A stretch of 64,000 nt of DNA from an uncultured delta proteobacterium (lineage in GTDB: Bacteria > Desulfobacterota > BSN033 > UBA1163): positions 2,165 to 66,164 of the forward strand of contig CAVQFR010000007.1 in assembly GCA_963711845.1 (NCBI GenBank). Reading direction: 5' to 3'. The notes below the pieces were generated by a model. It was not told the DNA's origin, made no database searches, and was given only the letters and a program-made list of their open reading frames with translations. A program made the translations under genes and the position numbers. The first letter of the stretch is position 1. Each line of letters opens with the position of its first letter. Shown in pieces: positions 1-10,889 of the stretch.

Positions 1-14
1 TTTTCTAACAGGGT

Positions 15-563
15 TTACTTTTTATTTCTTTTAGCGGAGGTTTTTTCATCAAATTCTTTCCAGAACTTTTCTTCAGATTTTTTCCAGGACCTCCCCCACC
101 GGGAATTAAAATACCCTTCCAATTTTTTCATCAGGCGACCCCACCCGGGCAGATAATCATACTTCAATACATCTTCCAGGAAGGGAACCACTTCTCCTAG
201 CTTCTCCTTGGGAAGATACGCTCGAGCCTTCATCTCAATGGAACGTTTCAATGAATGCGGATAAAGCGCGTGAGCCGTAAGCATGGTTACGGTGAGATTT
301 CGCTTTGTCGATAAATTGAGAAGTTCAAAGCCCCGGATTCCCATGATATCCAAGATCACGACGTCATAAGACCGAGAGGCTAATCTTTGGGTGGCTTCGT
401 GATAAGTCGTAGCTTTTTCTAATTTGCATTTTGGCGCGGCATCCAAGATCTCTTCTTCCAGAACCGCCAAAACATCTGGTTCATCGTCCACGGCAAGAAT
501 TCTTTTACCGTTCAAAATAGATTCAGCCATCATGCTTTCACCGTCTTCGTCCCTGGAGTTCAC
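15..563 (-). CDS. Stand-alone response-regulator receiver (CheY-like) protein with a Lys/Glu/Trp-rich C-terminal tail
   Basis: 182 aa ORF. Receiver motifs are present: ILAVDDEPDVL, VVILDIMG and MLTAHA. There is no output domain. The receiver is about two-thirds identical by eye to the receiver fused to the upstream histidine kinase. The true start may be the internal Met at ~533. Confidence 0.8.
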   Translation of the reverse strand: MNSRDEDGESMMAESILNGKRILAVDDEPDVLAVLEEEILDAAPKCKLEKATTYHEATQRLASRSYDVVILDIMGIRGFELLNLSTKRNLTVTMLTAHALYPHSLKRSIEMKARAYLPKEKLGEVVPFLEDVLKYDYLPGWGRLMKKLEGYFNSRWGRSWKKSEEKFWKEFDEKTSAKRNKK

Positions 564-723
564 AGTGAGAGACGTCTCGTCTTGGGTAAACTAATCTCAC
601 GGAGTTCTCCACTTCGTCCACTCCTGCCAATTGAGACCTGTCTTCTTCTCCCAATCCGACTCGAACTTACTATCAAAAAATCCCTTCAACTTCTCATAAA
701 GACGCTTCCACCCTGGAACATAT

Positions 724-1940
724 TCATAGGTCAGCACATCTTCCAGGAATGGAACAATCTCGGCCCAGTTTCTCCTTCGGGAGGTAGGCCCGAGCCCCCA
801 ATTCCACCGACTTCTTCAGAGCCTCTGGCGAAAGGGCATGGGCTGTAAGCATGGCCACTCGGAGGTTCTTCTTCACCGCCACATCCAACAGGTCAAAACC
901 TCGAACTCCCATGATGTCTAGAATGACGACGTCATAGTCCGTTGATTCTAACATTTTGGCCGCGGTCTCATACGCGGTGGCCTTGTCTAGTTTGCAGTTG
1001 GGACAGGTTGCTGATATCTCCTCTTCGAGAATTTTCAAGACATCTGGCTCATCATCGACTGCCAAAATTGTCCTTCCATCCAGAATGGATTTCGCCATGA
1101 TGCCCCTCCCGTTGTCTCTGGGAGATCGAATCGGAGGAATTCGAACCATAAATCGTGTTCCCACTCCCTCTTGACTCTCCAAGGTAATCTCTCCTCCCAT
1201 GGTCTCCACCAGAGCCTTGACCCCTGTGAGGCCTAATCCGAGTCCTGGGAGATAGGCAGTTTTTTCATTATTCAGCCGAACGAATCGCTCAAAAATGACC
1301 CCTTGCTCCTCCAAGGGGATTCCAATCCCATCATCCTCCACCGAGACGAGCAAATCCGCCTCCCCACTGATCTTCACCTCCATGCGCTGACGGCGGTATT
1401 TCATCGCATTGCTCATCAGGTTCCGAAGGATTTGTTGAATCTTCTTTTGATCATGGCAGAAAGGAGACTTGCCATACTTGCCGATGATCTCAACAAAGAT
1501 CCCGTGATCCTTCAGGTCGTGCCGGAACGCTTCCTGGTTCTCGGCTTGACTGAGCCTTTCGACGGCATTGGGGATGGACATCTCGAGAACGTCCAAGAGG
1601 GCTTCCACAACCGTTTTTTCAATTGAAAAATATTCCTCTCGAATACTCCTTCTTCCGAACGAAGGATTTCGATCATCTCTTGGGTTAAATTCTTGGCCCT
1701 ATGGATGTTTCTCGAAACACGATCTAAAAGGCGCTTCTGGTGATCTGTCAGAGGACCGTATCGGTCCACTTTATGGAGAAGGCTATCCGTGCTGGTGGAA
1801 ACAATAGACAGAGGTCCTGTGAGGTCATGAATGAAGAGATCGAACAGTCGCCATTTCACCTCCACGATCTTACCTTCTTGGCTTCTCTCTGGATTGGTTT
1901 TTATCGTATTATTTTTTTCAGAATGCTTTCGCCCAATCAT
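724..1940 (-). CDS. Hybrid sensor histidine kinase (HisKA, HATPase_c and C-terminal receiver); reading frame broken once in an A6 run near 1600
   Basis: The 142 aa ORF has the H-box HDLTGPLS. The 294 aa ORF has the N box (NLMSNAMKY), G boxes (DDGIGIP, GLGLGL) and then a receiver domain (ILAVDDEPDV, VVILDIMG). The two ORFs overlap at 1512-1608 in different frames. Translating across the ttgaaaaaacgg run gives a continuous ...FQLKKTVVEALLDVLEMS... sequence. Confidence 0.75.
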
Positions 1941-2224
1941 TTGTTTTCCAACTCAAGGGCCACCGAAGGGGCTGGTTCAATGAGTCACGGGGCCGGGGAG
2001 GACTATTTTGTACGATCGTTGCTTGCTTTTTCACTATGTATAGGTCAGCCATATTTCTCTGTCAAGCAAAAAATGGAGGTCCTTGCCATCTTCAAAGCAT
2101 GGGAGGCCTCTCCTACCGCACACAACCGAAACTTGAAACGATTTAAATTCTTGTTGATTATTCAATCGATTATGATATATTTGCATGTGTTTAAAGGACT
2201 TTAGACAGGTCTGGAGAATTCCAG

Positions 2225-5200
2225 ATGAACCAATCTGTTAATATCTCCAAAATCACACCTCCTTATCTACCAAAAATTTTATATCGACCCCGTCTTGTCA
2301 ATCTGATCGAAGAAAACAAAGACAAGAAGTTAATTCTCATCCTGGGCCAGGCCGCCCAGGGGAAAACGACTTTAGCTGCCTCCTATGGAAAGACATCGGA
2401 GATGCCATTCGCTTGGGTGAGCTTAGACAAAGACGAATCCGATCCCGCGAGTCTTTTCCATTTAACGGTTCAATCCCTCCAGACAGGTCCTGAGGGACAT
2501 CGATTTTTCACACCTTCTTTCTCCTTATCCCCCGCAAATCACGGGACCGGGGAAGAGATTCCGCTTTACCGAGAATGGGCGCAATCCATTTTCAAAGAGG
2601 TCTCGATCCCGGTTCAGATTGCCATGGACGGTCTGGACCGGCTTTCCACGACGGCTCCTGGATTTAAGTTCCTTCAAGTTTTGGTTGAAGATTCGCCACC
2701 GAATGTACACCTCATATTGTTATCAAGAGAAATACCTCCTCCCGTTCTGGAATTTCAGCATCTCAAGATAAGACAGCAAGCGCTGGTCTTAACCAATGAG
2801 GATCTAGCCTTCACCCAAGATGAGATCGAAGGGGTTTTTCCAAGAAGTTCGTGGGATATCTTTCGACGCCGGTCAATTGAAAAAGATTCACTCAGCCACA
2901 GAGGGATGGATTGGGGCGCTGATCTTGTTTGCGGAGTTCCTGGGCCGATTTCAAGAGTCGACCATGGAAAAGTTTATTTCAGAGGATTTTCCCAATCATT
3001 TTAAGAAAGAAATCTTTCAGTATTTTGGCAAGGAGATCTTTTCCTCTTTATCGGAGCAAGTTCAGAAATTTCTAATCAGATCATCCCTCATCGATCTGAT
3101 CGAACCCGCTTTCATGAGGGATTTTCTTGGGATGGAAATGGCCGAGGAGATTCTTCGGGAGCATGTGAGAAAAAACCTTTTTGTCCATTCGTTCTATGAT
3201 GAGAAAAAGGGGTGGCTATTTCAATATCATCACCTCTTCAGAAATTTCCTAAAGGCCAAATTTGTGACGTCGGTAGGGCATGAAGAACAGAAGTCCTTGC
3301 TCCTCAAGGCAGGGACTCTCTATGATCAAAGAGGAGAACTGGAAAATTCAGTGAAATACTTTCTTGAGGCAAACGCTTACCCACAGGCGGCCTCCGTGAT
3401 TGCGCGTTTTGGGGTGGTTTTATTACGAAAAGGAAGAATAGAGGATTTGTCTAAGTGGCTTCACGCCCTCCCTAACGGTACCATTCAAGACAGTCCTTGG
3501 CTCTTTTTCTATCTCGCAATGACCAAACGGTTTCAGGGGGGAGAGAGAATCTGATCGCCCTTCAGAAGGCTTATACTCAGTTCAAACAACAAGGAGATAT
3601 GAGAGGTACGCTCATTTCTCTTGCACAACTCATCGAGAGCTTCATTCAAACAGGCATCCATCTGACGCCCGTAGAAATTTTGATCGAGGAGGGAGAGGCA
3701 GCCCTTCAACAGTCGGAGTCGATTGAATACCCGCACGAGAGGGCCGTCCTCTGGAATTTCGTTGGACTGGGTCGCATCTTGGGAGAAGGCGATATTCGTA
3801 AAGGGATCTGGGCCTGCCGGAATGCTTACTCGATCGCCAAGCAGTTAAGGAATGCCAGCCTCCAGGCGTATGCCTTGTGTTTTTCTGCTCTTGGTTTTGT
3901 TTTGCTTGGGGAATTTTCTCTTGTGGACGAAGGGTGTAAGAAAATTGAAAAGGTCACCGAGAAGAGTGTTCATCCAGAATTCAGGGCAATAGAACTTGCA
4001 GTTCAGTGTCTTCTGGCAAACCACCGGGGCGACTTTAGCAAGGCAGAGATTCTGGTCGAAAAACTTCAGGAGGAGATCGATAAGCACGGGTTCCTTTATA
4101 TGGCGCCATGGATATACGAAATTTCGGGGTACTTAAGAGCTTCTCAGGGAAAATTTTCAGAGGCAGAGAAGATCGGGAAACAGTATCTTAGCACAGCGAT
4201 CTCCTTAAAAAATGGCCTCTTTAAGGGATTGGCTTTTAGGTTGTTAGGGCTCATTTATCTCCATGAGAATGATTTTAGGAAAGCCAGGGAGGCCATCGAT
4301 CAATCCATGGATGCCTTTTCAAGTGAAGCTCCGTCGAAGTACCACCTCAACCGAACCAGAATACAAATGGGCCTGGTTTGTACTCACCTCAAAGAATTTA
4401 GAAGGGCTGAGAAGGAGCTTGGTGAAGCCTTAGAATATTTCTCATCCATCTCAAATTACATCTCTCTGGCGGAGATCCATTTTGCAATCGCTTTCCTTCA
4501 GCATGATCAAGGCATGAATGATGATGCTTTCTCACACCTGCAGAATGGGTTTAAAATTGCGAGAGAGAGAAAATATGAATATTTCTATACTCTTGGGACG
4601 AAATATCTTATCAAAACATGCATATTGGCTTTGGAGTTAAAGGTTTCAGAAGCCATCGATGATGCAGCGCATCTCCTTTCGACGCGTCTCTCTTCGCTGG
4701 CAGAGGAGGATCTCAAGAAGCTATCGAATCATCCAGATTCCAGAGTGAGGGAGAAGGCCTGGGAGATCCGAAGGAAGATTCATCGTTCGAAGGCTCCTCC
4801 TCTTCGAATTGAGACCCTGGGAGCATTCCGGTTATTTCGTGGAGATTCCCTGATGGAGGAAGACGAGTGGGATCGGAGCCAGCCGAAAAAATTGTTGAAA
4901 ACCATCCTCTCTTACGGGGGCGAGAGGATTCCAAAAGAAATCATCATCGATGAACTCTGGCCGGAGGAAAGTCCAAGGGTAGCAGAAAGGAACTTTAAAA
5001 CGACTCTTCAACGTTTGCGAAAGTCTCTCGAACCTTTCATTGATAAGGACTTCGGCTCCTCTTACATTCACCTCCACGACAACATTGTCTTTCTCGACGC
5101 CGAACTCTGCCATGTGGATGCCGATCGGTTCTTATCGCTCCTTAAGATGGCCGAGGAGAAGCAAAAAAAAGAAGGTGGGAAGGAGGTTTTTCCTTTCTAC

Positions 5201-5593
5201 GCGGAAGCCCTGGAGATTTACAAAGGAGATTTCCTTCCAGAGGAACTTTATGCACCCTGGCCAGACAAGAAAAGAGAGGAACTGAGGGTGAAGTATATTG
5301 AATTGTTGAACAAGATGGCAAGTCTCCATGAGAGACAGGGCTCCCTAAAAAAGGCAATGGATTGTTATAAGAAGGCCATTCAGGTGGACCCTCTGATTGA
5401 GGAGTCGTATCAGAAACTGATGAGCTTCCATGCGAACAAAGGCATGTATAATGAAGCTTTGAGGATTTATGAAGACTGTAAGAAGGCTCTCAAGAGAGAG
5501 CTTAAAACCCAACCGGATTCTACAACCACTGGTATTTACAAAAAAATATTGGAAAAAGTAGGTTCCTCTCCTCGCTCTAGTACACGGAAATGA
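2225..5593 (+). CDS. Large MalT-like STAND NTPase regulator: P-loop NTPase, helical/TPR region, then C-terminal winged-helix (OmpR-type) plus BTAD domain; two compensating frame changes at homopolymers
   Basis: N-terminus carries a Walker A motif (ILGQAAQGKTTL). The middle is MalT-like (SATEGWIGALILFAEF). The C-terminus has an OmpR-type wHTH (LRIETLGAFRLFRGD ... KKLLKTIL) followed by a BTAD/TPR-like tail (YEDCKKALKRELK). Three ORFs lie in frames 2, 3, 2 and overlap at ~2820-3004 and 3497-3554. The shifts sit at ggggttttt (~2833) and the G7 run (~3533). Confidence 0.75.
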
Positions 5594-5613
5594 CTAATCA
5601 AACAGAAAGCGAG

Positions 5614-5652
5614 GTAAACCCCGTTAGAAAGTCTTTCACTTTCTAACGGGAG
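5614..5652. repeat. REP-like palindromic hairpin, probably a bidirectional terminator, containing the 17-mer GTAAACCCCGTTAGAAA
   Basis: ccgttagaaagt / ctttc / actttctaacgg forms a 12 bp stem with a 5 nt loop. It sits between the convergent ends of the STAND regulator (stop 5593) and HepT (stop 5656). The same 17-mer recurs inverted at 63741-63757. Confidence 0.6.
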
Positions 5653-5655
5653 GGT

Positions 5656-6123
5656 TCATTCTACAGATAAATTAAATTTTGTAGGGTTCTTTAAGACTTT
5701 ATGGATGTGCTCCAGAAACATATGAAAATCTTCAAGTTCCTCTTGGATGATCATGTAGATCTCTTTCTCTGAAATTTCCCCATAAAAATGAACCATTCGA
5801 TTCCTGTAGCCTGCCATTTTCGTGAGTGAGTTAGCTACAAACTCGGCAGGAATAATCTTGTGTTTTTCAAGGAGTCGAGGAATATCTTTATATGAGGCTG
5901 GTCTGGCACCAGGAATTCTTGAAAGAATATGAGACCCTATGCCTATAACAGCCTCGAGAGCCCTATGTAAATCATAGAAGGCTATGCGGAAGTTATCAGA
6001 ATTTGAATGAAATTTTATATAGGGGATCCCCTTGAACCTCTCCAGGCTCTTGAGAGAATCCTCAATATATGAAATTCTGGCCTGTAATACCTCTTTGTTG
6101 AGAGGAACTTTATGCCTTGGCAT
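5656..6123 (-). CDS. hepT: HepT-like HEPN toxin (DUF86 family)
   Basis: 155 aa with the HEPN R-x4-6-H motif (GYRNRMVHFYGEI). It overlaps the upstream nucleotidyltransferase gene by 14 nt, which is the typical toxin-antitoxin arrangement. Confidence 0.8.
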   Translation of the reverse strand: MPRHKVPLNKEVLQARISYIEDSLKSLERFKGIPYIKFHSNSDNFRIAFYDLHRALEAVIGIGSHILSRIPGARPASYKDIPRLLEKHKIIPAEFVANSLTKMAGYRNRMVHFYGEISEKEIYMIIQEELEDFHMFLEHIHKVLKNPTKFNLSVE

Positions 6124-6502
6124 ATCTTTTCATTGTGACTCGATCAAACAATTCCAGTACGGGTCTGAAATCGAGATACTGATTTATAACTCGGTTTTCA
6201 TAATCGGCAGTCGATTTCGGGTCTTCTTCAAAAATAATCTTTCCGTCCTTGATGGCAAAATACTGGAGGGGAAGAGAAGCTTTCTGCAAATAAACAATAT
6301 CCAGCCTTGATGAAGGGTAAATCGCTGAAAATAAATCATGGAGGATTTTATATGAAGATCTGGTATCCTCTATGGGTTTTCTTAATACCACTCCGATGTC
6401 AACATCACTGGTATGTGACTCCTTTCCAGTTGCTCTTGAACCAAAAAGGTATACGACGGAAACCCCTATTTTTTTAAGCTCTGCCTTGAATTCCTTTTTC
6501 AT
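6110..6502 (-). CDS. mntA: MntA-like minimal nucleotidyltransferase antitoxin
   Basis: 130 aa with the motif GSRATGKESHTSDVDIGVVL (GS-x9-DxD). It lies immediately upstream of hepT and overlaps it. Confidence 0.8.
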   Translation of the reverse strand: MKKEFKAELKKIGVSVVYLFGSRATGKESHTSDVDIGVVLRKPIEDTRSSYKILHDLFSAIYPSSRLDIVYLQKASLPLQYFAIKDGKIIFEEDPKSTADYENRVINQYLDFRPVLELFDRVTMKRYAKA

Positions 6503-7046
6503 ATTCTACCTTCATCTCGAGTATTATCAAGAGTCAGCAAATTTCTAATTTTGTAAACCGTTGACATTTTGAGTAATTATACATCCTTTGTTGAACAATT
6601 CAAATAAAATTCTCATGATAGTAATACTACCTCCGAACGATGAGAGTCACATTCTACCGAAACTGCACAAGGCTGTCATTCCCGATGAAACGGGAATTCA
6701 AGTAGGAATACGCGGATTTTTTGACACCATTTGACACGATTTTACTCTTCCAAAAGATCCTACTGATCCTGCCGAAAATAATGCCTCTCGATCGATTGGA
6801 CTCAAGCGTCTTAGTGATTTCTAAAAAAATTTGAAATCTCTTTGCTCAACTATCAACCACTAAAGATCTACTTTTCCTATCAATAGGTTAGAATTCCAAT
6901 GCCAATTTTTTTCACTTGAATTTGGTTACCTTTTGGTTACCTGACTGTGATATACATGGAGGCGATTTTTATGAACGACTGAATAACCAACAACTGGTAA
7001 CCAATAACCGAACAAACGGGGGGACCAATGGGGGTGGGACTTCCAA

Positions 7047-7090
7047 AAGCCTGGCATTCAAAATGTCGATGCCAGGCTTTTCCTTTTTGG
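7047..7090 (+). terminator. Rho-independent terminator-like hairpin with a T-tract
   Basis: aaagcctggcat (stem), 11 nt loop, atgccaggcttt (stem), then tcctttttgg. It lies in an ORF-poor region and follows three GGTWACC palindromes at 6924-7002. Confidence 0.5.
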
Positions 7091-7804
7091 TGGCTCTTCA
7101 CTCATTCAAACACTTAGCACTAAACACTAAGATTCGCAGCCGTCATGAATAGCTACTTAGTTCGCATCTACCGCAAAGCCGATAATAATCCGCGTATGCT
7201 CGTTGGAGTTGTTGAAGAGGTCGGAGCAAAGGAGAAAAAGGCATTCAGCAACCTCTATGAATTATGGGAAATCTTGAATCCAGTTAGAAAAGAGCGGATG
7301 CTGTCTAAAAGAAATAGCAACTCAAAACGTAACCGAAATACGAAGCAAAGTTGAATTTGAGCTTGCCCACCGAAGTGAGGTTTGCCTCATGTAGGCGAGC
7401 GCTACTAAGTGTCCTTCTTACAAAAACTTAACCTGAACGTGACAAACATGTGACGAAGAAAGGAGGAGGTTATAAACCAAGGGGGAACATTAGAAATACA
7501 TTGTTGTTAATCAGCATTTTTCTTTTCCTTGCCGGAACTGGGGCTATTCCCGGCCCTGCAATGGAGCAGGGTTGCTCACCGGCGGGCCTAAAGCTAGACG
7601 AGCGTGTCGAACCGGTTTGGGGCTCTTGACTAGTGTCTAGGTCAGGTATCCAATTTCTTGAAGCGTTCTTATTGGAGGGAGATACCCCGAGAGAACTTTT
7701 GCAGCCCTGAGGCTACCGGTATGATCGTGAGGACTGCCTTGTGACTGGCCGAGGGGGAGCAGGAAATTAAATCTCGTAAACATATCTGCAGAGAGGAGGA
7801 GCAT

Positions 7805-10729
7805 ATGAAGCCAAAGAGAAGAGAACCCACATTTTCCCGAACAGCAGCCATACTTTTTGTAAGCATAACAGCAGCTCTCCTAATGGGTTACGCAGCAACG
7901 GCTGCGGCTCAATTTAATCCCGTAGGAGAGTGGAAGTACCATAACTACTTAGGGAATGAAGGCTGCTCAATTTGGAGCCTGTCCGTGGCCCCCGGACTCT
8001 ATAACCTGACGGGTTATGGTGGTGTTGCAAATGGGGAATATCAAATTGTTGGATGCGGCTCCATTCCAGGAGCTGAAGCATATTCTTCATATTCCTGCCT
8101 GGACAAGACCTCTATGACTCCTGCCAATTACCCATTTTGGACATGGGTAATAATGGATAACGATAACCTTACATATATTCACACTCATAATACATCTTAC
8201 GACTATTCTGGAACATATATGGCAAGGGGTTGCGTCTTTGGCTATGGCTTGATTGATCCCACCAAGTGGGCGGATCTGGAATTTGTTACGCGTATTGAGG
8301 ATGATGCACTTCGCTCAGCGGCCAGGAGCAGCCTTAATAATCCAAATATAAGCAATAATCTAACTTTTTTCGATCCAAACAATGTGACTTCTATCCAGGC
8401 AGACGTTACAGTGACTGACCTAATATATAACGGAGATTTTCCACGGGCGCGAATCCACGGGTTCTTCTATGATGACGGCCCCGCCCACGTTCGAGCCGAG
8501 GTCGCAATCGGAAATTTTGGTAGCGGACTGAGAGCCCGTTATTCAGTCGGAAGTTGTTCCGATTTCAACTGCACCACCGGTTACACCGAATTTAATTCCG
8601 GTCTATTAGGCGATATTCTGGGGCTGGGGACAACCCATAACTTGTTCATTTCGTGGAACGGCACGAAGTTTGATTTCGCATTGGATGAAAGTATCACTGC
8701 TTCTTATCCTCCCGCGGTCTCAGCCCCCTTGACCTCTCCAATTCCCTTCAAAGCCATTGGCACCAATGTTGCCAGCGGCCTGGGGGGATTTGTTTCAGCT
8801 TTGTTCGATAATGTCTATATTAACAACAACACCCCACCCGCACCCGCATACGATGACTTTAGCTCCGCACTAATCAAGAGTACGAACTGGAAACATTACA
8901 CTGAAGAAATAAACCAAGCTCTTGAGATTGTGAGGGAGCAGATCAGCGACGGGGTTTTCGGAATGGCTGTGCGGGGCTATGCTTCCTTCGCTAACAATGG
9001 CTTGAATCTGCTCAATGGCCAAAATGTAAAAGAGCTTCAGGCCCGTCTTAAAGTAGAACAACTCATAAATCTCCCGCAGCCCAATCCGGCCACCCCGATG
9101 GCCGCGGTGTTTGGTTCTTTTTACAACGCCGGTGGTGGTGGCCCTGGCGACGCAACTGGTGATATTAGGGCATTAGCAGGAATCAGACTCAATGGGACTC
9201 AACCAGTGGGCTTCTTCAATATCGTCCGATGTACTGCGCCTAACTGTAATATATATCCCGGGGAATATGAACGCCTATATTATCATGAAGACCCGCTGAC
9301 ATTGGTGGGTGAACCCCATACGGTATCTATTAGCTATAACGATTCATTAAAGAAATTTATTTTTGGTTTCGATACAAGGACTACCATGCCAGCCCCATCT
9401 GATTTCATCGCACCACTTCCAATAAGAGTTGGATCTCCCAACGTAGTCAGAATGGGTCCTCTCACGCGCGTGGCCTTTTTTAATGGCCTTTCGGGAGAAG
9501 GCAGCGTTTCTGCCCGGTTTGCGAATATAGCAACAGTTGTCGATACGGACGGAGATGGTGTGTCTGATTCGCAGGATAATTGTCCCACGGTTTACAATCC
9601 TAATCAGTTAGATACGGATGGTGACGGCGTTGGTGATGTCTGCGACAACTGCCTCGGAAAGCCCAATGCTGATCAGTTGGATTTCGATCACGATGGTGTT
9701 GGTGATGCCTGCGACAACTGTCCTAAAATACCTAATGGTCCTCTACTTGGCACTTGTTTGAATAGCGGGAAGCCATGCACTGCTAATAGTGACTGTGTTG
9801 GTCATGATCTTTGTAGCAAGAATCAAGAAGACTCCAATGATAATGGTGTTGGTGATGCCTGCGACAGCGCCAGCCTGAGCTCTCCTCCCGAAACGGCGGA
9901 CTCCATTACTTATAACATATGCGTCACTTTTGATGACTTCTTTATCACATGCGAGCCCGGCCATCGCAACACTCTCATCACCTGTTGCGACGGACCTTGC
10001 CTTTTTGATCAGTACGGTAAATTCATACAGGACAACATGCTGAGACCTCCCATTCACACGGACACGTCAGCTTTCACGATAATACTCAACCAAGACGGTA
10101 CAGTCGCAACCGGGGGTGATCTCATCAATGTTACACCAGGCCAAGAAATATGTTTTGACGTTAACCTGCTTGACTATTACCCTCCCGAGGTCCTGAAATC
10201 AGCGACATCCCTCGATTGCTTTGCTACGACTTCCTGCAATGAGAGGGATCCCGAGATAGATCCAGCTACTGGCCAATGTAAAGATGGGAGTAAATGCGTC
10301 GAGATCGCGAACTATACAGTCAAAACTGATGTTCTGCCTAATATCTCGTCACTGAATCTTAAGGTTGAAATAGACATCAGACCGTTAAGCGAAAAGAACC
10401 TCATCAACCCGCGGTGGTCGGGGCTGTTTGGGGTGATCCCCGTGGCCATCCTGTCTAAAGGAAAGTTTGATGCCCGGACAAAAGTAATAAGGGATTCCTT
10501 GAGATTTGGCGTAACGGGAAAAGAAGATTCAATTGTTCGAATATTCGGAGTACCTGCCTGCGTGGCGTTCGACGTGGATCACGATAATGATAAGGACTTG
10601 GTGTGCCTTTTCCTTACCAGGGAAATCGGAGATATCGGCCCTGAGACAGAAAAACTCAACATGAGTGGTAGCCTTAGGGGTGATACCGCCGGGTTCATTG
10701 CATCCGATTCGGTCACTATAATACCTTAG
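7805..10729 (+). CDS. Secreted 974 aa protein with thrombospondin type-3 (calcium-binding) repeats
   Basis: Signal peptide (…[13 protein letters not shown]). There are several DxDxDGxxDxxDNC repeats: [52 protein letters not shown] and [12 protein letters not shown]. No cell-wall sorting signal is recognisable. A ~450 nt leader with hairpins precedes the gene. Confidence 0.8.
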   Translation: MKPKRREPTFSRTAAILFVSITAALLMGYAATAAAQFNPVGEWKYHNYLGNEGCSIWSLSVAPGLYNLTGYGGVANGEYQIVGCGSIPGAEAYSSYSCLDKTSMTPANYPFWTWVIMDNDNLTYIHTHNTSYDYSGTYMARGCVFGYGLIDPTKWADLEFVTRIEDDALRSAARSSLNNPNISNNLTFFDPNNVTSIQADVTVTDLIYNGDFPRARIHGFFYDDGPAHVRAEVAIGNFGSGLRARYSVGSCSDFNCTTGYTEFNSGLLGDILGLGTTHNLFISWNGTKFDFALDESITASYPPAVSAPLTSPIPFKAIGTNVASGLGGFVSALFDNVYINNNTPPAPAYDDFSSALIKSTNWKHYTEEINQALEIVREQISDGVFGMAVRGYASFANNGLNLLNGQNVKELQARLKVEQLINLPQPNPATPMAAVFGSFYNAGGGGPGDATGDIRALAGIRLNGTQPVGFFNIVRCTAPNCNIYPGEYERLYYHEDPLTLVGEPHTVSISYNDSLKKFIFGFDTRTTMPAPSDFIAPLPIRVGSPNVVRMGPLTRVAFFNGLSGEGSVSARFANIATVVDTDGDGVSDSQDNCPTVYNPNQLDTDGDGVGDVCDNCLGKPNADQLDFDHDGVGDACDNCPKIPNGPLLGTCLNSGKPCTANSDCVGHDLCSKNQEDSNDNGVGDACDSASLSSPPETADSITYNICVTFDDFFITCEPGHRNTLITCCDGPCLFDQYGKFIQDNMLRPPIHTDTSAFTIILNQDGTVATGGDLINVTPGQEICFDVNLLDYYPPEVLKSATSLDCFATTSCNERDPEIDPATGQCKDGSKCVEIANYTVKTDVLPNISSLNLKVEIDIRPLSEKNLINPRWSGLFGVIPVAILSKGKFDARTKVIRDSLRFGVTGKEDSIVRIFGVPACVAFDVDHDNDKDLVCLFLTREIGDIGPETEKLNMSGSLRGDTAGFIASDSVTIIP

Positions 10730-10889
10730 GATGCAACTAAGGAGAGTTTTGACCCTGGCCAAGGAGAAAGCGGTGACAGGCCTGCCTCTGACTGCGGAAC
10801 GGAGAAATTTGATAGCGGGGCGGGGAAAGCGGAATGACGATAAGGTTTAGAAATACATGACATATTGAAGGTAGAAGGGAGGGGACGTC

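Noticed and set aside
6916-7152. 78 aa ORF in the ORF-poor gap
   Set aside because: It reads straight through the strong hairpin and T-tract terminator at 7047-7090, has low-complexity Gly/Asn-rich composition and no RBS. Treated as non-coding.
7145-7354. 69 aa ORF (MNSYLVRIYRK…) with basic C-terminal tail
   Set aside because: It has no SD and no recognisable family. It could be a real small protein, but the evidence is insufficient to call it.
9615-9870. Near-identical ~28 bp DNA repeats (gatggtgttggtgatgcctgcgacaactg)
   Set aside because: These are the codons of successive thrombospondin type-3 repeats inside the 7805-10729 gene, not a CRISPR array or mobile element. The repeats are in frame and the intervening segments are unequal in length.
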